From NCBI GenBank assembly GCA_965235115.1, contig OZ249446.1, positions 7,688,001-7,752,000 on the forward strand: a DNA stretch of 64,000 nt, read 5' to 3'. The notes under the pieces were generated by a model that searched no databases, was not told where the DNA came from, and worked only from the letters and a program-made list of their open reading frames with translations. This document shows positions 52,946 through 64,000 of this stretch, piece by piece. How positions within the stretch are numbered: position 1 is the stretch's first letter; each line of letters begins with the position of its first letter. The position numbers were made by a program, and so were the translations under genes. The DNA comes from Laetmonice hystrix (taxonomy: Eukaryota).

Positions 52946-53590
52946 ATAGGTTCACCATCACACGGAGATAGGTTCACCGTCACACGGAGATAGGTTCACC
53001 ATCACACGGAGATAGGTTCACCATCACACGGAGATAGGTTCACCATCACACGGAGATAGGTTCACCATCACACGGAGATAGGTTCACCATCACACGGAGA
53101 TAGGTTCACCATCACACGGAGATAGGTTCACCATCACACGGAGATAGGTTCACCATCACACGGAGATAGGTTCACCATCACACGGAGATAGGTTCACCAT
53201 CACACGGAGATAGGTTCACCATCACACGGAGATAGGTTCACCATCACACGGAGATAGGTTCACCATCACACGGAGATAGGTTCACCATCAGACGGAGATA
53301 GGTTCACCATCACACGGAGATAGGTTCACCATCACACGGAGATAGGTTCACCATCAGACGGAGATAGGTTCACCATCACACGGAGATAGGTTTACCATCA
53401 CACGGAGATAGGTTCACCATCACACGGAGATAGGTTCACCATCACACGGAGATAGGTACACCGTCAGACGGAGATAGGTTCACCATCACACGGAGATAGG
53501 TTCACCATCACACGGAGATAGGTACACCGTCAGACGGAGATAGGTTAACCGTCACACGGAGATAGGTTTACCATCACACGGAGATAGGTT
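52946..53590. repeat. Minisatellite, 22-bp unit, about 29 copies
   Basis: Unit ataggttcaccatcacacggag. Confidence 0.98.
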
Positions 53591-53825
53591 GCTGGCAGGC
53601 CGATCATGGACTGAAACAGTTAATGAGGACATGCCTTCCATCTGTCCGCTACAGTGCACGGTAATGACACCAGAATGTGGGGATTTCCACCTGGTGGCAG
53701 GGGCCGGTATTAGCAGTGGAATCACGACCGTGAGTTCAGGCAAGCCTGGGATGGGAGTAGGCGTAATGACTATTGCTGACACGGCCACTGCAGCATGCCT
53801 GCTGACCACTGGACAAGCAATTCAC
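53591..53825 (-). mobile_element. Possible decayed L2 3' remnant
   Basis: Minus strand VQWSAG (cf. VQNxAAR), ITPTPIPGLP (cf. HITPxLxxLHWLP). Weak. Confidence 0.22.
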
Positions 53826-55062
53826 CGGTGCTGAAGTAAAGTCATTCAGTATGAAAGAGTAGAAATTGACAATGTGAGAAAAAATTAGACGGTGGTACTT
53901 GAAACAGGAGGAGAATTACCGTAAGCTTGTTATGGATGAGTGTGAGTGCAGTGAACTACATTAGGGTAAACAGCGAGGGAGAGAGAAACACTCTGGAGGA
54001 TTTAATTGATGATCGACAGGGCCTTGGGTGAAGTACTCAACTCGTAAGTGGGTCAGGCCGCGGATGGTCCCCAGGCGTTTTAATCAATTCATGAGCAGTT
54101 ATGAATTCCATTATTCCGATGCTTTGAATTTCCATGATTGCTTGGTTGTGTGTAGTTTTTTTTGTTGAGGGGGGGGGGGGGGGTCCATAAACTAAAGCCC
54201 GGGTGATTCCGTGTGGCGATCTTCATTATTCATGGCGCCCTGTAGGAATGCGACGTGTGCCGATATCAGGTGTGGCGTTACCTTCCTCAGGTGAGGCACC
54301 CCTACAGGTGCGGCACGCTCTCCCACCAAACGTCACCATTCATGTTCAGTTTGTAGGCACGGGATGGTCAAGAACTAAGTGAAACAAATTAAGTCACCGT
54401 GCTAGAAAAAAAAGTGACCAGCAAAAAAGAAATTAACAGGCCAGCTGAATGGTATTGATTAATTTGGTCATGTCCAGGCGTCAGTTTAACTGGTGGGGGA
54501 AACCGGAGTACCTTGAGCAAAACGCCGACCAGCAGAAAGTGTATAACTTTCAGACACCAGGCACAAGGTATCGATGAACTGAATGTCATCAGCAAGAAGC
54601 GCTGTGGCTCCAGCGAAACGTCCTTTAAAATAGGAACTTGAGGGGTTTTTACTTTAGATTCTAGTCGCATATTCTTTCAATTGTTAATTATAACATGGTA
54701 ATTTCGTTTAGAAGATAGTAGAAGGTTTTTTTACAGTTTTAATATAGAACAGACCAGGTTTCAAAGTCGTTTGAATGGTGGGTCTGAGTACATTGATTGG
54801 AGAGGGAATGGAAAGTCTTGAAACGGAAGTAATTACCAGTAATTAAGATCATAAGAAGACTCTAAGACGCTCTAATCTGAAAGGGTATCGCAGTGGATTA
54901 CATTGAGGAAAAAAACCTTATCGCTTGATAAAGTGACGTTTGAGAACACGCGTTAACCTTTTTTTCCTGGGCTTTGCATTTGTTTCCTGTCAAGAACAAA
55001 AGTATGAAGAAATCTCCTCTGATCCCCTCCGTATTGAAGCTGGAATGGAGTCCTCATTAAAG

Positions 55063-55505
55063 GAGTCCCGGAGAGAAGACCCTACTCCCACCCCGGTACG
55101 GTACATGTACTCCTTCCAGGTACGGCAGGTTGACAAGAACTGCAGTATGTACGAGTCCCGGAGAGAAGACCCTACTCCCACCCCTGTACGGTACATGTAC
55201 TCCTTCCAGGTACGGCAGGTTGACAAGAACTGCAGTATGTACGGAGTCCCGGAGAGAAGACCCTACTCCCACCCCGGTACGGTACATGTACTCCTTCCAG
55301 GTACGGCAGGTTGACAAGAACTGCAGTATGTACGAGTCCCGGACAGAAGACCCTACTCCTACCCCGGTACGGTATACTCCTTCCAGGTACGGCAGGTTGA
55401 CAAGAACTGCAGTATGTACGAGTCCCGGAGAGAAGACCCTACTCCTACCCCGGTACGGTATACTCCTTCCAGGTACGGCAGGTTCACAAGAACTGCAGTA
55501 TGTAC
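55063..55505. repeat. Minisatellite, about 90-bp unit x5 (86-91 bp)
   Basis: gagtcccggagagaagaccctactc...aagaactgcagtatgtac starts at 55063, 55153, 55244, 55334 and 55420. Confidence 0.96.
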
Positions 55506-55528
55506 GTCAGAGGACCGTTCTCCAATCT

Positions 55529-55604
55529 ATAACTCAGACTCAGCTCGACAGTTTGATGACAGGATAATCCGGGATGATCCGGCCGGATCTCACCGGGAGG
55601 TGGC
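55529..55604 (+). mobile_element. Decayed LINE APE N-terminal remnant
   Basis: ITQTQLDS....*SGMIRPDLTGR/GG (cf. ITETWLDS...PGY..xRxDRxGRGGGV). Confidence 0.35.
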
Positions 55605-56549
55605 GACTGGACCGCCTGGCGGGCGGCCAGCAGGTCCCCCAACCCCCCGCCTCATCCCCGCCATTAGCAAGCCATTATCGGTAACAAGGCAGATTTACAG
55701 ATTAAGCCTGTCATATGCTGACGCTTTTGACGTGCTGGAGAGAGAAGAAACGCGTGTTTCCTATGGACCAGTTTGTTTTTAGGCCATATCATCCTCAGCA
55801 AGTGTTCTTGTCTCCGAAAACGTTAATTAAGAGATTACAAAGAACGAGAGAAGGCACTGCACAGGATGTCATCTCCTTCAGGAAATATCACACATGAGGT
55901 TTGGCTTAATTCAGCATCGTTTGAATGCTTGGATTTTAGAAGCAATGTTTTATGTTGATTCAATTACGATAAGACTACTTAGACTTCCTTGATGCGTCTT
56001 TGTAAACCCTTGGAGAGGACGGAGCTGAGAGGGGTCCTCGACTTCACCGAGTACATGCACATTGACGGCCATTGAAAGTTGATCATTATCATCACACTAA
56101 AGATTGTTGTAATGTATCACTTACATCCCCTGCGTCCTTGGAGAAAGAAAGAGTCTTCGCAGGGTCTCCCTGACCTATTTTAAGACTATAAATCGACAAC
56201 TAATAAATTGAGAAAGTAAAATGGAGATTTATGATTAAATGATTCTCCTCTCGATCAATATTTCTAGAAATCTTTCCGACATTTGCATGGATTAAAATGT
56301 TTCCTTTCACAGTTGATGAGTTTTAATCCTGTTTGTAAGTGGATTCTCGAGACTGATGCCTGATACAAATGACTATTTTAGGGAGAACAGCTAATCAGCA
56401 AAAAAAGTTTGTAACGGGATGGACCCTCGTAAGTGTTTTGTTTGCTTGCCCAAATTGGATTAATGGACTGTGTGGCATTCATCTCAAGGTGGTATCTATA
56501 ATAAATGAATAGCAGCTACTTGCCGGTCGTAGCCTGCTTTGTGTGAAGC

Positions 56550-56660
56550 TACCTTGATCGTGTGTGAAGTCAACCTCAGAAGTTCATTAACGCTGTGCTT
56601 TGTTTTCACACTGGCGACATCTTGGGCAAGTCTGAGGACCTCTTTGTTGTGTACACATCG
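56550..56660 (-). mobile_element. Decayed RTE-clade LINE remnant
   Basis: One continuous minus frame VHNKEVLRLA-(15 aa)-LRLTSHTIKV (cf. VxNxEVLxRA...LRWxGHxIRM) with plausible spacing. Confidence 0.38.
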
Positions 56661-59600
56661 AAGTGGATGGTACAGTCTCAGAGGAGGTCGACCTGAATAC
56701 TTGAGGTCCTTTTGGTCACCCGGACACTTTGACGTCAGAGTTTGGGGTAGAGCAAGATGGCAAAGGTATTACGGTGCATCCCATACATTAACATTAGACA
56801 CTTAGAAAATAGAGAATCAGTCATTGGGTGTTCAAGAGGACCACCAGGAAGACATAGTTGGTGTTTGTGAAGATTGGTACTGATTCGTCACAACTCCAGC
56901 CCTCAGAGCCGGGAAATTATACCGACAACATGGATAACTTATGGTGTACAATATATTATTTTAATTGGGGGTAATATGAAATCCGAGGTAAAATCCAGAG
57001 TCTTTCCCCTCCGACCCACGGCTATATCCACAACCTGTAGAGGTTGACATGAGCCGGGTAATGAATGTTAATCTGAGCGATAATAGGGTGTTCTTACAGA
57101 CGACCCATGCTGTAGAACATGGAGTCGAACCTCCGAGTGATGTCTGCTGGTGTACTGGGAGTGAAACCACACCGGATTTTACTTAGCGCCAGATGAGTTT
57201 TGTCATGTGAACGCTGTCCAATTAGTGGGTGCTAAATGGTGCACACCGACCTTGATGCAGCAGGTGTTAATTAATTCAGACATCTTGGATGGGTTTGAGC
57301 AGGATACATTTTGTCTTTTAATGAGTTACAGAGTGGGCGGTGTAGGGAGGTCATCGTGAACTAAATGGGCAGGTTTACGTTACTGCTGTAAACCACACTG
57401 TGTAAGATAGTCCTCAGTACGGCCATTTATGTTGACAGTACCAGGTTCGTCAGGTACGGCGGAAACAATTTCGAAAGGGGGGGGGGGTTAAACTATCACA
57501 GTACTTCAGGCGAGGATCCCTAGGTCCGGAAGCTCTGGGGATAAAAGACGCCAGTATAGACGAATTCTGGATTATTTTAGGTATAAAAATGCAGCTTAAA
57601 ATGACCAAAAATAGATCATGTTTTCTCTTCTCTACATGTATAACTTTGTTACATTCTCAGGTGGATGACAGCTATATGAAATGATGCCTTTTTTGGGTAG
57701 TTCCCTATGTGCACAGGATAACTCAACTTGTGACAATTACAATGACAGCAATCCCCTAGAATGGCGAGAAAAAGTTGCCATCTGAACGGTACCATATGAA
57801 ATCCTAACAGAACCAAAACTACAATAATTTCAGCCGTGTTTTGTTTTTTGACAGGGCCTCAAGCAGCAGTTTTCCATTAAGCAACACTAGACGTTACTTT
57901 ACCGTGCCATTTGACTATCCTTGAGGCGCATAATTCGCTAAGAACGTTACGAATGAAGCAGACATGCCCTGGCATGGCCTATCATGCAGCAGCGTCGTTG
58001 TAGAACATGAAAGAACTCCAAAGATCCTGCCTGGTCATGTAAACCTCAATTAGCGCTCATCTGGCCTCCTCTACACAGGCTGCTCAAGTAGGCCTCAGGG
58101 GCAACCCCTTGGACAGTCCGGCCCTCTATAAACCTGGACGTGGCATGGCAGCCGAGCTCTGCCCTCAAATTTGTAGGCATGTCACGGAGGCCGTGGGTAT
58201 TGTGGCGGGTGGGGGGCCTGTATAACGGGGGTGGGAGGCCTGTTTAACGAGTACTCTGAGTAGGGTTAACGATGGGCCTAACCCCAGACAGTGCCCTCTG
58301 TCGGGTGGGCAGAGAGTGACGGGAGAGGCGTCAGTCGGGTAGGGAGGCCGTGTTAGTATGGCTGTCCAGGTGGGTGGGGGCCCCGGCTAGCACACTCTGG
58401 AGGACATGGGGTTGGTAGAGAGACCGGAGACAGACGCGGAGGGTGTCAGCTCTACCCTGTGACCGTCTGTGAGGGTGTGGTATGATTTTAATGATGGATG
58501 TAACTAGGTAACGGCTGCAGTGCTCTGATGGAACCATCAAGATTTGGGGCGGTTTGATTGCGACCCCAGAGGGTCATCTAGGTTGAAGGAGCAACCTTCA
58601 CAGATTTGATAATTTGATCCAAGGGGTGTGATGTGACTTGGGAGCCAGCAAATACACCCTAGTGTGCTATTCCAGCACCAAGCAGGCGCCAATAATCTAG
58701 GCATTCAAAGCCACAGATCCTAGACGCGTCTTGCGGAGAAAGACTGTGAAAATATACATAGAGTAGAAAAGGGCAAATAGATAAAATCTGTTCATGTTGG
58801 GATGACTGCAAGATAAATGTTCATAATATACTTGTTATCAGTATACATGTATTAATAATGCGTGATGTGTGGGGGTAAAGATGGAAATAAACAAGGCTTA
58901 AACTGTGCACAGGTGATAAACAGAACATTAACCCTCCACTATATCTGCAAAATACAATATCCTAAGAAATCCTAACAAATAGGATGTCAGTGTCTGTATA
59001 AATTAGTCCATTGATCCATTTATGTAAAGCAGAGGTTGCTGAACACCACAACATTTTTTATAATTATTTCCTGAATGAAAGGATACGATTGTGGTAAAAG
59101 TATGGCTCATCCTGACATGTTACAACTGTGGCGAGACATATATCCTCTATAGATGTTTTCAGAGATACTATTTTTATTACTGCTCTTCTAGTAACACGGC
59201 AGGCTGCTTTGTATCAGACTACACAAGCGTCTCGTTGGTGTTCTGTATTATACAATATGTGACGACTCAGCGATTCAAACTAACATATATCGTTAGTAAA
59301 GCCCCTTGAAAGGTGGCTTGGGTTAGTCATTTACTCGTAATTTAAACCACTGACTGTGTGTTGTTCCCGAACACATTGGTAGAAACACCCCCAGATCAGA
59401 GTAGGGACTTTTAATTGGCAACATTAGTCAAAGTTTTAGTAGGAGCAGTACGAAAAAGACGAAATAGATTGAAGCACTGGTTCTATTTAAAAGCTATAAC
59501 TGCAAATTTAGTATTACCCAAACAATAATCTCGGCGACACATCAAACCCACTGGTGCACTGTTAGAGTGGTACAGAGTTTTCTATTTGTAGTGATGTCAT

Positions 59601-60596
59601 CATCATCATCCCAATTGGATTTAATGCATGAAAACGCCGCGTTATCCCCTGGAGATGGACGTAATATCAGATACAAACTGCGCGTCAATCACTCGTAACC
59701 TCGACTAGCACAGTACACGATTAGAACTATGTCTCTATTGTCAAATGAAACCCACCAATTCATCCCAGTGTTAGGAATGATCATTTGGAAAGAGATAGGC
59801 TAATTTGGCAGTTGGCTTTTCTAGAGAGGTGAAAAGATCAGGTTTAGAACTGCATAATTAGAGTTAGAACGAAGGCGAGTCCATCTAAGAAATCGACGGG
59901 GAAGCAAGCAATTGCAGACATTACGTGATCCAATCTCCAAACAGAATTGCACTTTAGAAAGTCGGAAATGAAACGTCGACTCCTATTTTATAGCCTGTAT
60001 TCTGTTTTCAGGTTTTCAATTTTCAATAGTTGCTGTGGGATTGGTTTATGAGAGCCTTCAGTGTGACGAAAAAAGTGAAATTTGTTGTCTTTTTAAGAGT
60101 AAAATTTGATAACATTAGAAGAAGGGTCCCCGCTTTTCCAGCACTCTTCATCTCTCAGGTGTTTGAGACTGACAGAGGATATGTTTTATTACTCCAGCGA
60201 GCCGAGCAGATTATGAGATAAGGACGGTGATGAGAGAGATCTTGTCAGTATTACAGTAGTTACATTGGTTTCGGTTCAGAGAGATAAGTTATTTTACACT
60301 TGGATCTCCCGGCTTCGGTTAGAGTATAGAATGCGAGTTATGCGAGTTTTGCCATTGGAGCAGTCTGTAGATCTACATATTCGATGCAGCAGAGTGTGGC
60401 CATGATCCTGGGATATTGATGTCCACGAGATATATAGTGAGTCTCAGAATCGCTAGCTGTCTGACACCCTGAGGATGTTTAGATTATAAACTCTATGAAA
60501 GCGCCGTAAACGTTGGCTGTATTAACCGAGCTGTGAAGGGATATTGAAGGGAAAGAAGTGATCAAATGAGGAAATGTCAGACAAAAGTGGAAATAG

Positions 60597-61400
60597 CTGG
60601 AGGACTGATGAAACGATGACAGAAACCGTCCTGGAGGGGAAAACGCCGCCAAAACAGGGAACTCTGGAGGACTGATGAAACGATGACAGAAACCGTCCTG
60701 GAGGGGAAAACGCCGCCAAAACACGGAACTCTGGAGGACTGATGAAACGATGACAGAAACCGTCCTGGAGGGGAAAACGCCGCCAAAACACGGAACTCTG
60801 GAGGACTGATGAAACGATGACAGAAACCGTCCTGGAGGGGAAAACGCCGCCAAAACACGGAACTCTGGAGGACTGATGAAACGATGACAGAAACCGTCCT
60901 GGAGGGGAAAACGCCGCCAAAACACGGAACTCTGGAGGACTGATGAAACGATGACAGAAACCGTCCTGGAGGGGAAAACGCCGCCAAAACACGGAACTCT
61001 GAAGGACTGATGAAACGATGACAGAAACCGTCCTGGAGGGGAAAACGCCGACAAAACACGGAACTCTGAAGGACTGATGAAACGATGACAGAAACCGTCC
61101 TGGAGGGGAAAACGCCGCCAAAACACGGAACTCTGGAGGACTGATGAAACGATGACAGAAACCGTCCTGGAGGGGAAAACGCCAACAAAACACGGAACTC
61201 TGGAGGACTGCTGAAACGATGACAGAAACCGTCCTGGAGGGGAAAACGCCGCCAAAACACGGAACTCTGGAGGACTGATGAAACGATGACAGAAACCGTC
61301 CTGGAGGGGAAAACGCCGCCAAAACACGGAACTCTGGAGGACTGATGAAACGATGACAGAAACCGTCCTGGAGAGGAAAACGCCGACAAAAGACGGAACT
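60597..61400. repeat. Minisatellite, 67-bp unit x12
   Basis: Unit ctggaggactgatgaaacgatgacagaaaccgtcctggaggggaaaacgccgccaaaacacggaact. Source of three overlapping minus-strand ORFs. Confidence 0.98.
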
Positions 61401-62111
61401 CATTTGTTTTATATACTGTCTGACCCCACATTGTGGAAATGCAGGTAACTGTGACAGTGGAGACAAGTACCTGCTTCAAGGAAGATGAGACTAGACATGC
61501 CGGTAGATGAGGAAGTGAGTGTTGATAGAATTACATGGTACACATTGTCCTCCATTGTTTGAACTGGCGCAGTGTTCAACTGTATCAGACAAGTTAATTT
61601 TTATCGGTCTTCTAACAAACATGGTGACTGTTGGGCGCATCCGTGTACGCTGTTTGTTTACATTGTTAAATGTTGCAGGCATGGTTTAGTATCATCGTGT
61701 AGTAATAGTGTGTTCTATTGCACGGTAAACACTACCTAATGTTTGAATTGTAAAATTACATAAAAATCGCGTAATATCACGAAGCATAGTGCGATGCGTC
61801 TCGGAACTGGTCATTCTCCCAAAACTTGCGATAAGGTATCAGTATATATGCTGAACAAAACTATAAACGTAACACTTCAGTTAAATTTATGAGAAATATG
61901 GCCATGTACAGTTCATAAACTCATTGTATTTTTCATTTAGTGTTGACATATTGTATGACATAGTGCAATACATTTTACTTACTGATTAAAACAGATATAC
62001 AAGAATCTCACGGTGGGGTAGATGATAAAGGGGATGCAGTCTGTTGTCAAAATTTCACAAATCAATATTGGGTCCGCCGTTTGCCTGCTGCACTGCTACA
62101 CATCTCCCCCG

Positions 62112-62532
62112 CAAATTGTTAATGGTGAGTTGGTACCAAATTGTCAGTGGTGACTTGATACCAGATTGTCAATGGTGACTTGGTACCAAATTGTCAGTGG
62201 TGACTTGATACCAGATTGTCAATGGTGACTTGGTACCAAATTGTCAGTGGTGACTTGATACCAGATTGTCAATGGTGACTTGGTACCAAATTGTCAGTGG
62301 TGACTTGATGCCAGATTGTCATTGGTGACTTGGTACCAAATTGTCAGTGGTGACTTGATACCAGATTGTCAATGGTGACTTGGTACCAAATTGTCAGTGG
62401 TGACTTGATACCAGATTGTCAATGGTGACTTGATACCAAATTGTCAGTGGTGACTTGATACCAGATTGTCAGTGGTGACTTGGTACCAAATTGTCAATGG
62501 TGACGTGGTACCAAATTGTCAATGGTGACTTG
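62112..62532. repeat. 25-bp minisatellite (about 17 copies) with alternating A/B variants (50-bp higher-order period)
   Basis: A = ggtgacttggtaccaaattgtcagt, B = ggtgacttgataccagattgtcaat. Alternation is regular through about 62410 and mixed afterwards. Confidence 0.96.
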
Positions 62533-62619
62533 GGGGACAGCCCTGAGAAACATTCCTGCATTGAGCATGCCAATAGCACGCTCCCTTAGGTTGTGAGTCA
62601 CCTGTGCTATTTTGAAAAA

Positions 62620-62790
62620 TGGCTAAACTTTTTATTGACCAGAAGACAGGGTGTGCCTCGGTTGATTTCAATAGGTCTGGATAAGGCCCCACCTGACCGA
62701 CGGGCCAATGTTCCCAAAGGGCATGAAATTGACAATGATATGGCGAAGGTGACTGAAATGCACACTGAAATGTACACCGGCGGCCTCAAT
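62620..62790 (+). mobile_element. Decayed LINE RT core remnant (CR1/L2-like)
   Basis: One frame: WLNFLLTRRQGV (cf. WIxxFLxxRxQxV), NVPKG (cf. GVPQG), NDM, MYTGG (tac acc ggc ggc is three A/G transitions from YADD codons tac gcc gac gac). Confidence 0.42.
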
Positions 62791-63119
62791 GATACACAAC
62801 CGGCGGTCAGTGTGGCCACCACACAATGACACAGAAAAATGGACTCTAATCATACTACATTTAGCAGTCAAGCGGGCTCTGACCAGTGAGAACCTCAAGT
62901 ATTGTGGCAGTCAGCATTATTTATAGCCCGGCTCCTGCCAGACCACCAGCCCCCTCTGGTGGCGGCGAACAGTGACTCAACCTTTTATGGGAGAACACGG
63001 TATAGTTCAGTCATAGTAGTGTCCCACAGTTCTAGACCAGAGGGAAAATTTAGAGTGGGTCCTTAAAAGTCGAATGGAAGAATTTCTTAGAACGCTTTAT
63101 ATGATCCAGCCAATCAAAA

Positions 63120-63810
63120 CCGGCAGAATAAGTCGTAAGGAAAAACTGGGATTGGGAACGTACGGTAAATGCACGGTATATCGCCCATGATAACATAAAC
63201 CCCACGAAATTTGGTGGAAAGTAAAGATCCATGGCCCTGACCTTATCCCTAACCCCTAACCCCAGTCCCTACACCTCCCAAAAACATATCCCTATCCTAT
63301 CCCTATCCCTGACCTTAACCCTAACCCCTGCCCAAACATTTCGTGGAAAGGTATTATGGGGGAAGAATCGAAATGCACACGGTAGAATAAGTAGTGAGGA
63401 AAAAGTGGGATTGGGAACGTACGGGAAATGCACACGGTAGAATAAGTAGTAAGGAACACGTGGGATTGGGAACGCACAGTAAATAGACACGGTAGAATAA
63501 GTAGTAAGGAAAACGTGGGATTGAGAACGGACGGTAAATACACACGGTAGAATAAGTAGTAAGGAAACAGTGGGATTGAGAACGGACGGTAAATACACAC
63601 GGTAGAATAAGTAGTAAGGAAAAACTGGGATTGGGAACGTACGGGAAATACACACGGTAGAATAAGTAGTAAGGAAAAGTGGGATTGAGAACGTACGGTA
63701 AATGCACACGGTAGAATAAGTAGTAAGGAAAAACTGGGATTGGGAACGTAGAGGAAATGCACACAGTAGAGTAAGGAAAAGTGGGCTTGAGAACGTACGG
63801 TAAATGTACA
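63120..63810. repeat. Composite: solo 55-bp unit, CCCTAA-like degenerate tract, then 55-bp array x8
   Basis: Unit cacggtagaataagtagtaaggaaaaactgggattgggaacgtacgggaaataca, solo at about 63120-63178 and tandem at 63370-63810. ccctaacc-like repeats at 63235-63329. Confidence 0.9.
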
Positions 63811-64000
63811 GAAGGTATTTATGTTCTTCCCCATGAACCCTACATCCTGTACCTGACGCGTGACCAGGGGACCATTTCACTTATACAAGCTATATGGCGT
63901 ACTGCCTGTATAGCTACGGGCGTTGCTCATTGCTATTTACGAGGAATTTGAGCTCGTATGATCCGAGCTTTTAGTCTTATCGAAACGGCCGCCAGAGCTG

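Noticed and set aside
60597-61400. Hammerhead ribozyme array (unit contains CTGATGA...GAAA.cc.GTC)
   Set aside because: The core words are in the right order, but the intervening aacgatgaca cannot form stem II, stem I does not pair, and stem III is not palindromic.
60479-61479. Three overlapping 282-314-aa minus-strand ORFs
   Set aside because: They are the same 67-bp unit cycling through all frames, an artefact of a stop-free repeat.
63235-63329. True interstitial telomere
   Set aside because: Only a few degenerate CCCTAA-like units embedded in a composite repeat; better explained as element-internal.

Overview
Eukaryotic, most likely animal, non-coding DNA of moderate GC content. CpG is not obviously depleted and TACATGTA motifs are frequent, which suggests an invertebrate (inference only). 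I found no protein-coding gene, RNA gene or CRISPR array that I can support. The long ORFs in the track (502, 314, 300, 282 aa) come from stop-free tandem repeats. The window holds about 17 unrelated tandem arrays (units 22-90 bp, about 9.5 kb, roughly 15% of the window). It also holds several non-autonomous DNA-transposon-like elements: Harbinger-like, hAT-like and Kolobok-like candidates plus a foldback. About a dozen heavily decayed LINE fragments (L2/CR1/Rex-like and RTE-like) are recognisable only by degenerate APE/RT motifs and lie mostly on the minus strand. Most notable: an 86-bp x24 satellite that appears to be an amplified internal piece of a LINE reverse transcriptase, other arrays abutting LINE remnants, a composite Helentron-like structure at 63.1-63.8 kb, and a weak candidate first exon/promoter near 5.95 kb. 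All motif assignments are by eye. I do not see convincing evidence of a novel biological system.
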